Part shown: one piece after another, positions 22,620-32,963 of the stretch
How positions within the stretch are numbered: position 1 is the first letter of the stretch
How the letters are laid out: each line of letters starts with the position of its first letter
Source: an uncultured Actinomycetota bacterium
GTDB lineage: Bacteria > Actinomycetota > Actinomycetes > CAVWCF01
Length of the DNA: 64,000 nucleotides
Direction of reading: 5' to 3'
NCBI GenBank assembly: GCA_963753435.1
Contig: CAVWCF010000001.1
Coordinates: 320,001 to 384,000, forward strand
Made by a program: the position numbers and the translations under genes
The notes under the pieces: model-generated
What the model was told of the DNA's origin: nothing
The model's input: only the letters and a program-made list of their open reading frames with translations
Databases searched by the model: none

Positions 22620-24493
22620 GAGTGCACCTCTCCAGTCACTTTGTCAACGACTGTGGGTGTCTCAGTGGCGGCGAGCGCCTCGACCACAACGGTCGCGGTG
22701 GCCGGTCCTATCCCTGGCACTTCGGCCACCTCCTCAGCTGTCGCGGCCCGCAGCCGCTTCAATGATCCGAAGTGTCGCAGCAGGGCGGCTTTGCGGGTCG
22801 GACCTAGCCCGGGGATGTCGGACAGGACGGTGTCCACCATCGACCGGGACCGCTTCTTCCGGTGGAAGGAAATTGCGAACCGATGTGCCTCGTCGCGTAC
22901 GCGTTGGAGCAGATACAGGGCGTCGCTGCCACGGGGCAGGATGAGCGGATCCGGGTCGCCAGGCATCCAGACTTCCTCCAGGCGCTTGGCCAGACCAATG
23001 ACGGGGACGTCGCTGCCGGCGGAAACGACTTCGGCGGCCGCTGCCTCCACCTGCGGAGCCCCACCGTCGATCAGGAGCAGTTGCGGTGGGTAGGCGAACC
23101 GACTCGGTCGTTCCGAAGGCTCCGACTCCAGGCGCGCAAACCGTCGCCGAACCACCTCCCGAACGGCGCTCACGTCGTCAACCCCTTCAGGCAGGGCGAA
23201 CCGGCGGTAATCGGACTTGCGTGGCATGCCGTCTTCGAAGACGACCAGGGAACCGACGGTCTGCGTCCCCTGCAGCGTGGAGATGTCTACGGCCTCGATG
23301 CGCAGGGGCGCCCGCTCCAGCCCCAGCTGCTCCTGCAGATCGGCCAGCGCCTGCCCTCTGGCGGTTAGGTCCCCGGCGCGGCGCAACTTGTGCAGGGCCA
23401 ACGACTGATCGGCGTTCCGGGTGGCCGTGGCCAAGAGTGAACGCCGGTCCCCGCGCTTGGGGACGGCGATGGTGACCGGTCGCCCGCGGAACTGCTGCAG
23501 CCATCGCTCCACGCCGACGGGCAGTTCCACCGGCAAGAGGACCAGTCGCGGCGGCGGCTGGGATTCGTCGTAGATCTGGGCCAGCAGGTGTTCGAGCAGG
23601 CCGGCGGTGTCCACGTCTTCCACCCGCTCGACCACCAGACCGCGCTCGGCACGTACACGGCCGCCGCGAACGTGAAACAGGTGCACGGCGGCCTCGAGGT
23701 CGTCCTCGGCCAGACCGACCACATCCGCGTCGACACCGTCCGGCAAGACGACCGCGTTGCGTTCCAGGACGCGGCCCAGCGCCGCCAGGTCGTCTCGCAG
23801 CCGGGCAGCCCGCTCGTAGTCCTGGGCTGCGGCGGCAGTGCGCATCTCCGCCTCCAAGCGGCGAACAAACGGTTCGGTACGGCCGGTGAGGAAGTCGCAG
23901 AAGTCCTCGACCAACTGCCGATGTTCGGCCGCGTCAACACGTTCGACGCAGGGCGCGCTGCACTTGTCGATATAGCCCAACAAGCACGGGCGTCCGGAGG
24001 CCTTGGCCCGCCGAAAGACCCCGGCTGAACAGGTGCGCACCGGGAAGGCGCGCAACATGAGGTCGACGGTTTCCCGAATGGCCCAGGCATGGGCGAACGG
24101 ACCGAAGTAGCGAACGCCACGCTTGCGGGCGCCCCGATACACATGCACCCGCGGAAACTGCTCATTGACTGTCACCGCGAGTAGCGGGTAGCTCTTGTCG
24201 TCGCGGTACTTGATGTTGAAGCGCGGTTGGTACTCCTGGATCCAGGCGTACTCCAGTTGCAGCGCCTCGACCTCGTTACTGACCACCGTCCAATCGACCG
24301 AAGCCGCGGTGGTGACCATGGCTTGCGTCCGGGGATGCATCTCCACGAAGCCGGTGAAGTAGTTCGCCAACCTGGACCGGAGGCTGTTCGCCTTGCCGAC
24401 ATAGATGACGCGGCCGTCGTTATCCCGGAACCGGTAGACCCCCGGTTCGGCCGGGATGGTTCCCGGCTCGGGCCGGTACTGCGGGTAGACCAC
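22616..24493 (-). CDS. uvrC: Excinuclease ABC subunit C
   Basis: PGVYRF, YVGKA (GIY-YIG), [19 protein letters not shown], HhH C-terminus. Confidence 0.97.
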   Translation of the reverse strand: MVYPQYRPEPGTIPAEPGVYRFRDNDGRVIYVGKANSLRSRLANYFTGFVEMHPRTQAMVTTAASVDWTVVSNEVEALQLEYAWIQEYQPRFNIKYRDDKSYPLLAVTVNEQFPRVHVYRGARKRGVRYFGPFAHAWAIRETVDLMLRAFPVRTCSAGVFRRAKASGRPCLLGYIDKCSAPCVERVDAAEHRQLVEDFCDFLTGRTEPFVRRLEAEMRTAAAAQDYERAARLRDDLAALGRVLERNAVVLPDGVDADVVGLAEDDLEAAVHLFHVRGGRVRAERGLVVERVEDVDTAGLLEHLLAQIYDESQPPPRLVLLPVELPVGVERWLQQFRGRPVTIAVPKRGDRRSLLATATRNADQSLALHKLRRAGDLTARGQALADLQEQLGLERAPLRIEAVDISTLQGTQTVGSLVVFEDGMPRKSDYRRFALPEGVDDVSAVREVVRRRFARLESEPSERPSRFAYPPQLLLIDGGAPQVEAAAAEVVSAGSDVPVIGLAKRLEEVWMPGDPDPLILPRGSDALYLLQRVRDEAHRFAISFHRKKRSRSMVDTVLSDIPGLGPTRKAALLRHFGSLKRLRAATAEEVAEVPGIGPATATVVVEALAATETPTVVDKVTGEVHS

Positions 24494-24513
24494 GTGGTGA
24501 GCGTAGGAGTCGC

Positions 24514-24963
24514 TCAGGCGACCGTCACCACGACCTCGTCACCATCAACCGAAGCGGTTGCGACCGCCAAACCGCGTGTTGCCGGCCCCTGGATGACCCC
24601 TCCGTCAGCCGTGGAGAACTGGCTGCCGTGGCACGGGCACGAGATGGCGCCATCGGCGACGGAGTCGACGGTGCAGCCCTGATGCGGGCAGACCGCCGAG
24701 AAGGCGCGCACGTCGGCGCCGTCCTTAACGACGACCACATCCCCGACCACGGTGCCCCCGCCGTCGGGGATATCAGCGGCTTTGATCCGGATCTCGCCCG
24801 CGGTGTCCGCTGAATCGCCAGCGGCTCCGGTCGAGTCAGTCGCAGAGCCCGAGTCGGCTGTGTCCTCGCCGCCGCAGGCGGCCAACGCCGGGGCCAAAAC
24901 ACCGGCCGCACCAACGGCTGCGGCACCACCAAGCACCCGTCTACGGGTCAGTTCCTCGTTCAT
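24514..24963 (-). CDS. Tat-exported Rieske [2Fe-2S] lipoprotein
   Basis: TRRRVL twin-Arg, LAAC lipobox, CPHQGC and CPCHGS motifs. Confidence 0.9.
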   Translation of the reverse strand: MNEELTRRRVLGGAAAVGAAGVLAPALAACGGEDTADSGSATDSTGAAGDSADTAGEIRIKAADIPDGGGTVVGDVVVVKDGADVRAFSAVCPHQGCTVDSVADGAISCPCHGSQFSTADGGVIQGPATRGLAVATASVDGDEVVVTVA

Positions 24964-24972
24964 GAGCCGAGG

Positions 24973-27885
24973 CTAACTCTGTTTCGTCGACTTGGCGCGA
25001 CGCCGCCCGCTCCCCTTGCCTCCGGTCCCGGGTGCGCCAGTGACCGGCTGGCTCAGCATGTGCGCGAGGAACCGGCCCGTGTGACTGTCTGAATAGGCAG
25101 CCACCTCCTCCGGCGTGCCAGTGGTCACCACTTTGCCGCCACCGTGGCCACCTTCGGGCCCCATGTCCACGATCCAGTCGGCTGTCTTGATCACGTCCAG
25201 GTTGTGTTCGATGACGATGACCGTGTTGCCCCCGTCCACCAGCCGGCCAAGGACGCCCAGCAACTTGCGCACGTCTTCGAAGTGCAGCCCGGTCGTCGGT
25301 TCGTCCAAGACGTAGACGGTGCGCCCGGTGGACCGCCGCTGCAGTTCGGACGCCAGTTTGACCCGCTGTGCTTCGCCTCCGGAGAGGGTGGGTGCGGGCT
25401 GCCCCAGGCGCACGTACCCCAACCCGACGTCCACCAACGTGGCCAAGTGCCGGCGGATCGCGGGCACCGCCTCGAAGAAGTCCAAAGCTTCCTCAATCGG
25501 CATGTCCAGGACTTCCGCGATCGTGCGCCCCTTGAAGTGCACCTCAAGCGTTTCCCGGTTGTACCGGGCGCCCCGGCAGACCTCGCAAGGCACGTAGACA
25601 TCCGGCAGGAAGTTCATCTCGATCTTGATGGTGCCGTCCCCGGCGCAGGACTCGCACCGGCCACCCTTGACGTTGAAGGAGAATCGGCCCGGCTGGTAGC
25701 CGCGCACCTTTGCCTCGGTGGTCGCTGCGAAGAGTTTGCGGACGTGATCGAAAACGCCGGTGTAGGTGGCTGGGTTTGAGCGTGGGGTCCTCCCGATCGG
25801 GCTCTGGTCTACGTGCACCACCTTGTCCACGAGATCGGTTCCGGTGAGCCGAAGATGCCGTCCGGGCACAGTCCGCGCCGCGTGCAGATCCCGAGCCAAC
25901 GCGCGGTACAGGACGTCGTTCACCAGGGTCGACTTGCCCGAACCGGAGACGCCGGTAACTGCGATGAAGGTGCCCAAGGGGAACGGCACGGTCAGGTTCT
26001 GCAGATTGTGCTCGCGGGCGCCGTGCACCACCAGTTCCCGTTCTGGGGTTCGGGGTCGACGCACTTCGGGCACGGCGATCTGCTCGCGACCGGAAAGGTA
26101 CGCGCCGGTCAGCGAATCGGGATGTTCCAGCAGCTCCTTCACGTCGCCGGAAACGACCACCTGACCGCCGTGCTCCCCCGCCCCCGGACCGATGTCGACA
26201 ACCCAGTCCGCGGTCCGGATCGTGTCCTCGTCGTGCTCAACGACGATGAGGGTGTTGCCCAGGTCCCGCAGCCGGACCAGCGTGTCGATCAGGCGGTGGT
26301 TGTCTCGCTGATGCAGTCCGATGCTGGGCTCGTCGAGCACATACAGGACGCCGACCAAGCCGGACCCGATCTGCGTGGCCAAGCGGATCCGCTGCGCCTC
26401 ACCGCCGGCCAGCGTCCCCGCGGCCCGGTCCAGAGTGAGGTAATCCAGGCCCACATCGAGCAGGAATCGCAGCCGCTCGCCGACCTCCTTCAGCACCCGG
26501 GAGGCGATCTGCTGGTCCCGGTCCGACAGGGTCAGATCAGCAAGGAAGCGGGAACACTCGTCGACAGGCATGGCCGCCACGTCGGCGATGGATCTGCCAC
26601 CGATCGTGACCGCCAGACTGATCGGCTTCAGCCGCGAGCCGGCGCACGTGGGGCATGGGATCTGCCGCATGAAGCCTTCGAATCGCTCCCGGCTGGAGTC
26701 ACTCTCGGATTCGGAGTGCCGCCGCTGGATGTAGGGAATGACACCCTCGAAATGGGTGGTGTAGACGCGCTCCCTGCCGAAACGGTTTCGGTAACGCACG
26801 TCCAGCGGCTCATCCCAGCCGAACAGGACCGCCTCCTTGGCCTTTGCGGGCAAGGCCCGGAAGGCGGTTTCGGCGGAGAACCCAGCTGCCTCGCTGAGGG
26901 CATCCAGCAACCGGGCGAAGTAGTCCGACGTACTGCCGGACCCCGACCATGGCGCGACCGCGCCGTCGGCCAGTGAGCGGTCCGGGTCGGGGATCACCAA
27001 CTCGGGGTCGACTTCCATTCGCGTGCCCAGACCGCTGCACTCACCGCAGGCGCCATAGGGGCTGTTGAAGGAGAAGGACCGCGGCTCCAACTCCTCAAAG
27101 GAGAGCCCGTCGTCCAAGCAGGCCAAGTGTTCAGAGAACGTTCGCTCGCGTTCGGGGTCGTCATCCGGCAGATCCACGAAGTCCAGAAGGACGGTCCCGC
27201 CGGTCATGGTCAGCGCTGTCTCGATGGAGTCCGTGAGCCGCCGCCGGGCAGTCCCCTTGACCGCCAGCCGGTCCACCACTGCCTCGATCGTGTGCTTGCG
27301 CTGCTTGTGCAGTTTGGGGGGATCGGTGAGGGCCACGACCTCTCCGTTGACGCGCGCCCGCGCAAAACCCTTGGTCTGGAGTTCGTTGAACAAGTCGACG
27401 TACTCGCCCTTGCGACTGCGGACCACCGGTGCCAGGACCTGGAAGCGGGTGCCCTCCGGCAACTCCAGAATCTGGTCCACGATCTGCTGGGGCGTCTGCC
27501 TGGCGATGGGCCGACCGCACTCGGGGCAATGCGGCTTGCCAATCCGCGCGTAGAGCAGGCGCAGGTAGTCGTAGACCTCGGTGATGGTTCCGACCGTGGA
27601 CCGCGGGTTGCGCGATGTGGACTTCTGGTCGATCGAGACAGCTGGCGAAAGGCCCTCGATGAAATCCACGTCCGGCTTGTCCATCTGGCCCAGGAATTGC
27701 CGGGCGTAGGCGGACAGGCTCTCGACGTACCGCCGTTGCCCCTCCGCGAAGATCGTGTCGAACGCGAGGCTGGACTTGCCCGAACCCGACAGGCCCGTGA
27801 ACACGATCAATGCCTCGCGGGGCAGGTCCAGCGAAACGTCCTTGAGGTTGTGCTCCCGCGCGCCGCGGACGACCAACCGATCCAC
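24973..27885 (-). CDS. uvrA: Excinuclease ABC subunit A
   Basis: GAREHNLK, two Walker A motifs ([18 protein letters not shown]), zinc fingers, LSGGEAQR. Confidence 0.98.
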   Translation of the reverse strand: MDRLVVRGAREHNLKDVSLDLPREALIVFTGLSGSGKSSLAFDTIFAEGQRRYVESLSAYARQFLGQMDKPDVDFIEGLSPAVSIDQKSTSRNPRSTVGTITEVYDYLRLLYARIGKPHCPECGRPIARQTPQQIVDQILELPEGTRFQVLAPVVRSRKGEYVDLFNELQTKGFARARVNGEVVALTDPPKLHKQRKHTIEAVVDRLAVKGTARRRLTDSIETALTMTGGTVLLDFVDLPDDDPERERTFSEHLACLDDGLSFEELEPRSFSFNSPYGACGECSGLGTRMEVDPELVIPDPDRSLADGAVAPWSGSGSTSDYFARLLDALSEAAGFSAETAFRALPAKAKEAVLFGWDEPLDVRYRNRFGRERVYTTHFEGVIPYIQRRHSESESDSSRERFEGFMRQIPCPTCAGSRLKPISLAVTIGGRSIADVAAMPVDECSRFLADLTLSDRDQQIASRVLKEVGERLRFLLDVGLDYLTLDRAAGTLAGGEAQRIRLATQIGSGLVGVLYVLDEPSIGLHQRDNHRLIDTLVRLRDLGNTLIVVEHDEDTIRTADWVVDIGPGAGEHGGQVVVSGDVKELLEHPDSLTGAYLSGREQIAVPEVRRPRTPERELVVHGAREHNLQNLTVPFPLGTFIAVTGVSGSGKSTLVNDVLYRALARDLHAARTVPGRHLRLTGTDLVDKVVHVDQSPIGRTPRSNPATYTGVFDHVRKLFAATTEAKVRGYQPGRFSFNVKGGRCESCAGDGTIKIEMNFLPDVYVPCEVCRGARYNRETLEVHFKGRTIAEVLDMPIEEALDFFEAVPAIRRHLATLVDVGLGYVRLGQPAPTLSGGEAQRVKLASELQRRSTGRTVYVLDEPTTGLHFEDVRKLLGVLGRLVDGGNTVIVIEHNLDVIKTADWIVDMGPEGGHGGGKVVTTGTPEEVAAYSDSHTGRFLAHMLSQPVTGAPGTGGKGSGRRRAKSTKQS

Positions 27886-28050
27886 TCGCGCACCCCTTCT
27901 CGCGCCCTCGCCACCTGGCCAGGCCTAACGTTCGGCGCACCCGGCGCCCGGTGCGGTCAGGCTAACCGCCGGGACCGACCATCGCGCTACGGTGCCGGGC
28001 AGCAGGTGCGGAGCCGAAGGGGCACGAATGCGGCAGACGGCAGGCAGGTC

Positions 28051-28707
28051 ATGACCGGATACAGCGGACGGGTGCGCGTCGGTGGGCCCCCGGACGTGCG
28101 CGAACTGCCAAACCTGGTGATCACCAAGGTCGCCGTCGGCGGGATGGACAACAACTGCTACCTGCTGCGCTGCCGGCGGACCGGCGCCCAATTGCTGGTA
28201 GACGCGGCCGCAGATGCGCCGCTACTGCTGGAGTTGGCCGGCGCCGGCTCCCTGCAGGCGGTGGTGACAACTCACGCCCATGCCGATCACTACGGGGCGT
28301 TGTCGGAGGTGGTTGCCGCCACCGGCGCCCGTACTTTCGCCCACCCCGCGGATGCCGCTGCGCTGCCGGTCGAGACGGATGTCCTCGTCCAGGACGATGA
28401 TCGGATCCACTTCGGTGATGTGCAGTTGCTCGTCACCCATCTGCAGGGCCACACGGACGGCTCGATCGTGCTGGGCTATGACGACCCGGACGGGCACCCA
28501 CACCTGTTCACGGGCGACTGCCTGTTTCCTGGCGGCGTCGGCCGGACCGACGATGCGAGGGCCTTCGATTCCCTGTACTCCGGTGTGGTGAGCAAGTTGT
28601 TCGACCGCTTCCCAGACGAGACCTGGGTCTACCCGGGACACGGCGCGGACACCACTCTGGGGGCGGAACGACCGGAGCTGCCTGCCTGGCGCGAGCGGGG
28701 CTGGTAG
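28051..28707 (+). CDS. MBL-fold metallo-hydrolase (glyoxalase II-like)
   Basis: THAHADH, GHTDGS, FTGD, YPGHG; usual neighbour of uvrA in actinobacteria. Confidence 0.92.
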   Translation: MTGYSGRVRVGGPPDVRELPNLVITKVAVGGMDNNCYLLRCRRTGAQLLVDAAADAPLLLELAGAGSLQAVVTTHAHADHYGALSEVVAATGARTFAHPADAAALPVETDVLVQDDDRIHFGDVQLLVTHLQGHTDGSIVLGYDDPDGHPHLFTGDCLFPGGVGRTDDARAFDSLYSGVVSKLFDRFPDETWVYPGHGADTTLGAERPELPAWRERGW

Positions 28708-28710
28708 GCG

Positions 28711-28881
28711 GTGCCAACCAGCAAGCGCTCAGCCGCCTTATGGCTTCTCCTCGCAACCCTCGCAGTCATCGCGGTAGCAGCCTTCTTCGTCGCTTCGCGC
28801 TCGGACAGCGACGGTGAAATGGGCAACGACCCAGGAGTGGGCGATCAGGACCGAATCCAGGATCGGACAAACCGCCCCTAG
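28711..28881 (+). CDS. Small single-pass membrane protein (56 aa, not in ORF track)
   Basis: GTG 3 nt after the MBL stop; MPTSKRSAALWLLLATLAVIAVAAFFVASRSDSDGEMGNDPGVGDQDRIQDRTNRP*. Confidence 0.5.
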   Translation: MPTSKRSAALWLLLATLAVIAVAAFFVASRSDSDGEMGNDPGVGDQDRIQDRTNRP

Positions 28882-28900
28882 TTGCGGGCGGCGATTGCGT

Positions 28901-29083
28901 TCAGGACTTGCCGATCGTGGGGTCGGCCCCGGGGCAGGGCCATGAATCCACACCGCGCCCCACCCGGTGGGCCCGAATCCGGCCATCCGAGGCACGGGTT
29001 GACACTTCGCGGCCACACACGGGGCAATCCTGCTTGGCGTCGGCCGCCTGGGCGTTGCCTTGTGCCTGGGGTGCCATCCTCAT
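28901..29083 (-). CDS. Small CPxCG zinc-ribbon protein
   Basis: CPVCGREV...GRIRAH...CPG gives a C-C-H-C ligand set; directly downstream of terC. Confidence 0.6.
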   Translation of the reverse strand: MRMAPQAQGNAQAADAKQDCPVCGREVSTRASDGRIRAHRVGRGVDSWPCPGADPTIGKS

Positions 29084-29112
29084 GTGCGGGCCCTACCCGC
29101 AACCAAACGGCG

Positions 29113-30069
29113 TCAAACATCCCGTTCTTCGCTGATCCGACCGCCGGAGGCGCGCAGGCTCACGATCACCGTGACCGCGAGGATCGACAGGATGACCACT
29201 AGCGACGCCACGATGCCGATTTCGGGAACGTTCCAGCCGCTTTCGTGCAACGCGTGCAGGATCAGCTTCACGCCGATGAAGGCCAGGATCACCGCCAACC
29301 CCTTGTCCAGGTACACCAGGCGATCCAGCAGGTTGTCCAGCAGGAAGTACAGCTGCCGCAGCCCCATAAGGGCGAAGGCGTTGGCCGTGAACACGATGTA
29401 GGGCTCAGTAGTCAGCCCGAAGATCGCGGGGATGGAGTCGAGGGCAAAGACCAGGTCGATGACGAAGAGAGCAATGACCACCATCAGCAGCGGGGTGGCC
29501 ATCAGTCGTCCGGAATACCGAGTGAGGAAGCGACCCTCGTCGTAATCCGGGGATACGGGCAACACCCGCCGAATTCGTCGCAGGATCACGTTCTGGGCGG
29601 GATCCTCTTCGGTCCCATGGCCGGTCAGCAGCTTCGCTGCGGTGTAGAGCAAGAACCCGCCGAAGACCAGGAACAGCCAGTCGAACCGGTCCAGCGCCGC
29701 CGCGCCGACGAGGATGAAGATGAATCGAAGCACGAGCGCGAAGGTGATCCCGATCAGCAGCACCTTCTGCTGGTACAGGCGTGGCACCGCGAAGCTGCTC
29801 AGGATCAGTGCGAAAACGAACAGGTTGTCGACCGAAAGGCTGTACTCGGTCAACCAGCCGGCGTAGTACTGCAGGGCGTAGTCGCCACCCCACACTGCGG
29901 CGACCAATCCGCCGAAGGCGATGGCCGCGGTGACGTAGACCGCAACCCAGATCCCGGCCTCGCGGGGCCGCACCACGTGTGGCCGGCGGGCTGCGACGAT
30001 GAACTCAACGATGTAGACGCCGAATATGGCCACCAAGGTGACAGCCCAAACGGTGGCGCTGACGTTCAA
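29113..30069 (-). CDS. terC: TerC/Alx family membrane protein
   Basis: EYSLSVDNLFVF, DLVFALDSIPAIFG, ALMGLRQLYF; TTG start with GAGAGGGG RBS. Confidence 0.92.
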   Translation of the reverse strand: MNVSATVWAVTLVAIFGVYIVEFIVAARRPHVVRPREAGIWVAVYVTAAIAFGGLVAAVWGGDYALQYYAGWLTEYSLSVDNLFVFALILSSFAVPRLYQQKVLLIGITFALVLRFIFILVGAAALDRFDWLFLVFGGFLLYTAAKLLTGHGTEEDPAQNVILRRIRRVLPVSPDYDEGRFLTRYSGRLMATPLLMVVIALFVIDLVFALDSIPAIFGLTTEPYIVFTANAFALMGLRQLYFLLDNLLDRLVYLDKGLAVILAFIGVKLILHALHESGWNVPEIGIVASLVVILSILAVTVIVSLRASGGRISEERDV

Positions 30070-30101
30070 GCGGCCCCTCTCGTCCCGGCCACCCTAGGCG
30101 C

Positions 30102-32207
30102 CTATCTGCCCGGGCCGACCCCTGCAGCGTCCATGCCGCGCAGTTCCCGCTTCAAATCAGCCACCTCGTCACGCAGCCGGGCGGCCAACTCGAACTGCAG
30201 GCTCTCGGCGGCACTGTGCATCTGCGCCGTTAACTCCGAGATCAACCCGGCCAGTTCGGCCCGCGGCAGGTCGCGGGGGGCCCGCTCCCGCCCGGATGAC
30301 GACATCCCCGGCATCGGCACCTTGCCACGAGACCTGCCCCGGCCCCCGCCGCCCACAAGCTGCTCGGTGTCCGCTTCCTCGCGCGCCAAGACGTCGGTTA
30401 TGTCAGCGATCCGCTTGCGCAGTGGGGTCGGGTCAATCCCCATCTCAGCGTTGTATGCGATCTGCTTTGCCCGCCGTCGCGACGTTTCGTCGATCGCGCG
30501 CCGCATGGAGTCGGTGACCTCATCGGCGTACATGATCACCTGACCAGAGACGTTCCGGGCGGCACGGCCGATGGTCTGAATCAGCGAGGTGGCGGATCGC
30601 AGGAAACCTTCCTTGTCGGCGTCCAGGATCGCGACCAGGGAGACCTCCGGCAGGTCGAGACCCTCGCGCAACAGGTTGATACCAACTAGGACGTCGTACT
30701 CCCCCAGCCGCAGTTCGCGAAGCAGTTCCACTCGTCGCAGCGTGTCCACTTCGGAGTGCATGTAGCGCACCCGTAGCCCGACTTCCAGCAGGTAGTCGGT
30801 CAGGTCTTCAGCCATGCGCTTGGTCAAGGTTGTGACGAGCACCCGCTCGTTCCGCTCGGCCCGAAGCCGGATCTCCTCGATGAGGTCGTCGATCTGCCCC
30901 CGGGTGGGGCGCACCAAGACTTCCGGGTCCACCAAACCGGTGGGCCGGATGATCTGCTCGACGGCCCCATCAGAACGCGACAGCTCATACGCAGCCGGAG
31001 TGGCCGACATGTACACCGTTTGGCCAGTGCGCTCCAGGAACTCCTCCCACTTCAGTGGCCGGTTGTCCATGGCACTGGGCAGCCGGAAGCCGTGCTCCAC
31101 GAGCGTGCGCTTGCGCGACATGTCTCCCTCGTACATGCCCCCGATCTGTGGGACGGTCACATGGCTCTCGTCGATTACCAGCAGGAAGTCCTCCGGGAAG
31201 TAGTCCAGGAGAGTGTTCGGCGGGGTACCCACCGCCCGTTGGTCGACGTGGCGGGAGTAGTTCTCAATGCCTGAACAAGTCCCTACCTGCCGCATCATCT
31301 CGATGTCGTAGGCGGTCCGCATTCGCAGCCGTTGCGCCTCCAGCAACTTGTTCTCCCGCTCCAACTCCGCAAGTCGCTGCTCGAGCTCGGCCTCAATGGA
31401 GCTGATGGCGGTCTCCATGCGCTCGGGACCGGCCACGTAGTGGCTCGCCGGGAAGATGTACAGCTCGGTGTCCTCGGAGACGACTTCCCCGGTGATCGGG
31501 TGCAAGGTGGACAGGCGCTCGATCTCGTCACCGAAGAACTCGATGCGGACAGCGTGCTCCTCATACACCGGGATCACCTCAACGGTGTCCCCACGTGCGC
31601 GGAAGGTTCCGCGGGTGAACGCAAGATCGTTGCGGCTGTACTGGACGCCGACCAGCGCCCGCAACAATTCGTCCCGATCGACGGTGTCCCCCACCCGGAG
31701 CCGGATCATTCGATCCACGTACTCCTGCGGGGTGCCGAGACCGTAGATGGCAGACACCGTCGCAACGACGACTACGTCTCGCCGCGTGAGGAGGCTGTTC
31801 GTAGCCGAGTGGCGCAGCCGCTCAACCTCTTCATTGATCGCCGTGTCCTTCTCGATGTAGGTGTCCGTCTGCGGGATGTACGCCTCGGGTTGGTAGTAGT
31901 CGTAGTAGGAGACGAAGTATTCGACCGCGTTGCGGGGCAACAACTCCCGGAACTCGTTTGCCAACTGCGCCGCCAACGTCTTGTTGTGGGCCATCACCAG
32001 GGTCGGCCGCTGCACCTGCTCCATGAGCCAGGCGGCGGTTGCCGATTTGCCCGTGCCGGTGGCGCCGAGCAGGACGACGTGCTCCTCACCTGCCCGTATC
32101 CGCCTGGTCAGGTCGGCAATTGCCGCCGGCTGGTCCCCGCTGGGTTGGAAGTCCGCCTCGACCCGGAACGGGGCGACGGTCCGCTGCAGATCACTGACGG
32201 GGCGCAC
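30102..32207 (-). CDS. uvrB: Excinuclease ABC subunit B
   Basis: [40 protein letters not shown]-terminal UVR domain. Confidence 0.98.
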   Translation of the reverse strand: MRPVSDLQRTVAPFRVEADFQPSGDQPAAIADLTRRIRAGEEHVVLLGATGTGKSATAAWLMEQVQRPTLVMAHNKTLAAQLANEFRELLPRNAVEYFVSYYDYYQPEAYIPQTDTYIEKDTAINEEVERLRHSATNSLLTRRDVVVVATVSAIYGLGTPQEYVDRMIRLRVGDTVDRDELLRALVGVQYSRNDLAFTRGTFRARGDTVEVIPVYEEHAVRIEFFGDEIERLSTLHPITGEVVSEDTELYIFPASHYVAGPERMETAISSIEAELEQRLAELERENKLLEAQRLRMRTAYDIEMMRQVGTCSGIENYSRHVDQRAVGTPPNTLLDYFPEDFLLVIDESHVTVPQIGGMYEGDMSRKRTLVEHGFRLPSAMDNRPLKWEEFLERTGQTVYMSATPAAYELSRSDGAVEQIIRPTGLVDPEVLVRPTRGQIDDLIEEIRLRAERNERVLVTTLTKRMAEDLTDYLLEVGLRVRYMHSEVDTLRRVELLRELRLGEYDVLVGINLLREGLDLPEVSLVAILDADKEGFLRSATSLIQTIGRAARNVSGQVIMYADEVTDSMRRAIDETSRRRAKQIAYNAEMGIDPTPLRKRIADITDVLAREEADTEQLVGGGGRGRSRGKVPMPGMSSSGRERAPRDLPRAELAGLISELTAQMHSAAESLQFELAARLRDEVADLKRELRGMDAAGVGPGR

Positions 32208-32213
32208 CGGGTC

Positions 32214-32235
32214 AACCTACGACGGCCCTCCGACA
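32214..32235 (-). promoter_or_regulatory. RecA-NDp / PafBC-type DNA-damage promoter of uvrB (leaderless)
   Basis: Minus strand TGTCGG-N10-TAGGTT, then 6 nt to GTG; matches TGTCGG-N10-TANNNT. Confidence 0.8.
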
Positions 32236-32289
32236 ATCCCCATTCCGGGACAGCTCTTCCTTGGGCACAATCCGCACCCACGCGCGGAG

Positions 32290-32886
32290 TCAGTCCAGCC
32301 GGTCCCGCAACTCCCACCAGAGTTCCTGCACCTGACCGTCCAGATCCGACAGCGAACCGCCGTTGTCGATCACGACATCGGCGGCGGCATTGCGCTGCTC
32401 GCGGGTGGCCTGAGCGGCCATCCGGGCCCGGGCGTCGGCCGGATCCATGCCACGGCCCGCCACGAGTCGGGCCAGGCGTACGTCATCAGGTGCGTCCACC
32501 ACAACAACGATGTCGTACCGGTCCCCCAGGCCCTTCTCCACCAGGAGCGGGACGTCGTGGACCACTACCGAACCTGGGTCGGCAGTCGCTGCGGCCGCTC
32601 GGCTGCGCTGCGCCACTTCTGGATGGACTATCCCCTCCAGCCGGGCCAATGCCGCGGCATCACGGAACACCAACGCAGACAACGCTGCCCGGTCAACGTG
32701 GCCGTCCCGGTCGGTCACCTCCGGGCCGAACGCGGCGATCACGGCCGCCTCGCCCCGGGTGCCCGGCGCCAACGCCTCACGTGCGAATACATCGGCGTCG
32801 ATCACGTGGGCGCCCAGCAGCGCCAGTCGGCGGGCGACTTCGGTCTTGCCGGATCCGATCCCCCCGGTCAGGCCCACGTGGATCAC
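32290..32886 (-). CDS. coaE: Dephospho-CoA kinase
   Basis: VGLTGGIGSGKT, IDAD, IVHP, DVPLLVE; rpsA-coaE-uvrB order. Confidence 0.95.
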   Translation of the reverse strand: MIHVGLTGGIGSGKTEVARRLALLGAHVIDADVFAREALAPGTRGEAAVIAAFGPEVTDRDGHVDRAALSALVFRDAAALARLEGIVHPEVAQRSRAAAATADPGSVVVHDVPLLVEKGLGDRYDIVVVVDAPDDVRLARLVAGRGMDPADARARMAAQATREQRNAAADVVIDNGGSLSDLDGQVQELWWELRDRLD

Positions 32887-32921
32887 GACCGCATCCTGAC
32901 ACGGCCAGGGCGGCAAACATG

Positions 32922-32955
32922 CGAGAAGGCCCCGGCTATAGCCGGGGCCTTCTCG
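32922..32955 (-). terminator. Intrinsic terminator of rpsA
   Basis: Perfect 15-bp stem CGAGAAGGCCCCGGC-TATA-GCCGGGGCCTTCTCG just after the rpsA stop. Confidence 0.85.
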
Positions 32956-32963
32956 GTTCTGAG

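Noticed and set aside
27886-28050. LexA SOS box upstream of uvrA
   Set aside because: Only a CGAAC half-site; no GAAC-N4-GTTC
30070-30101. yybP-ykoY manganese riboswitch ahead of terC
   Set aside because: Only 32 nt between uvrB and terC, holding a -10 and an RBS; no room for the aptamer
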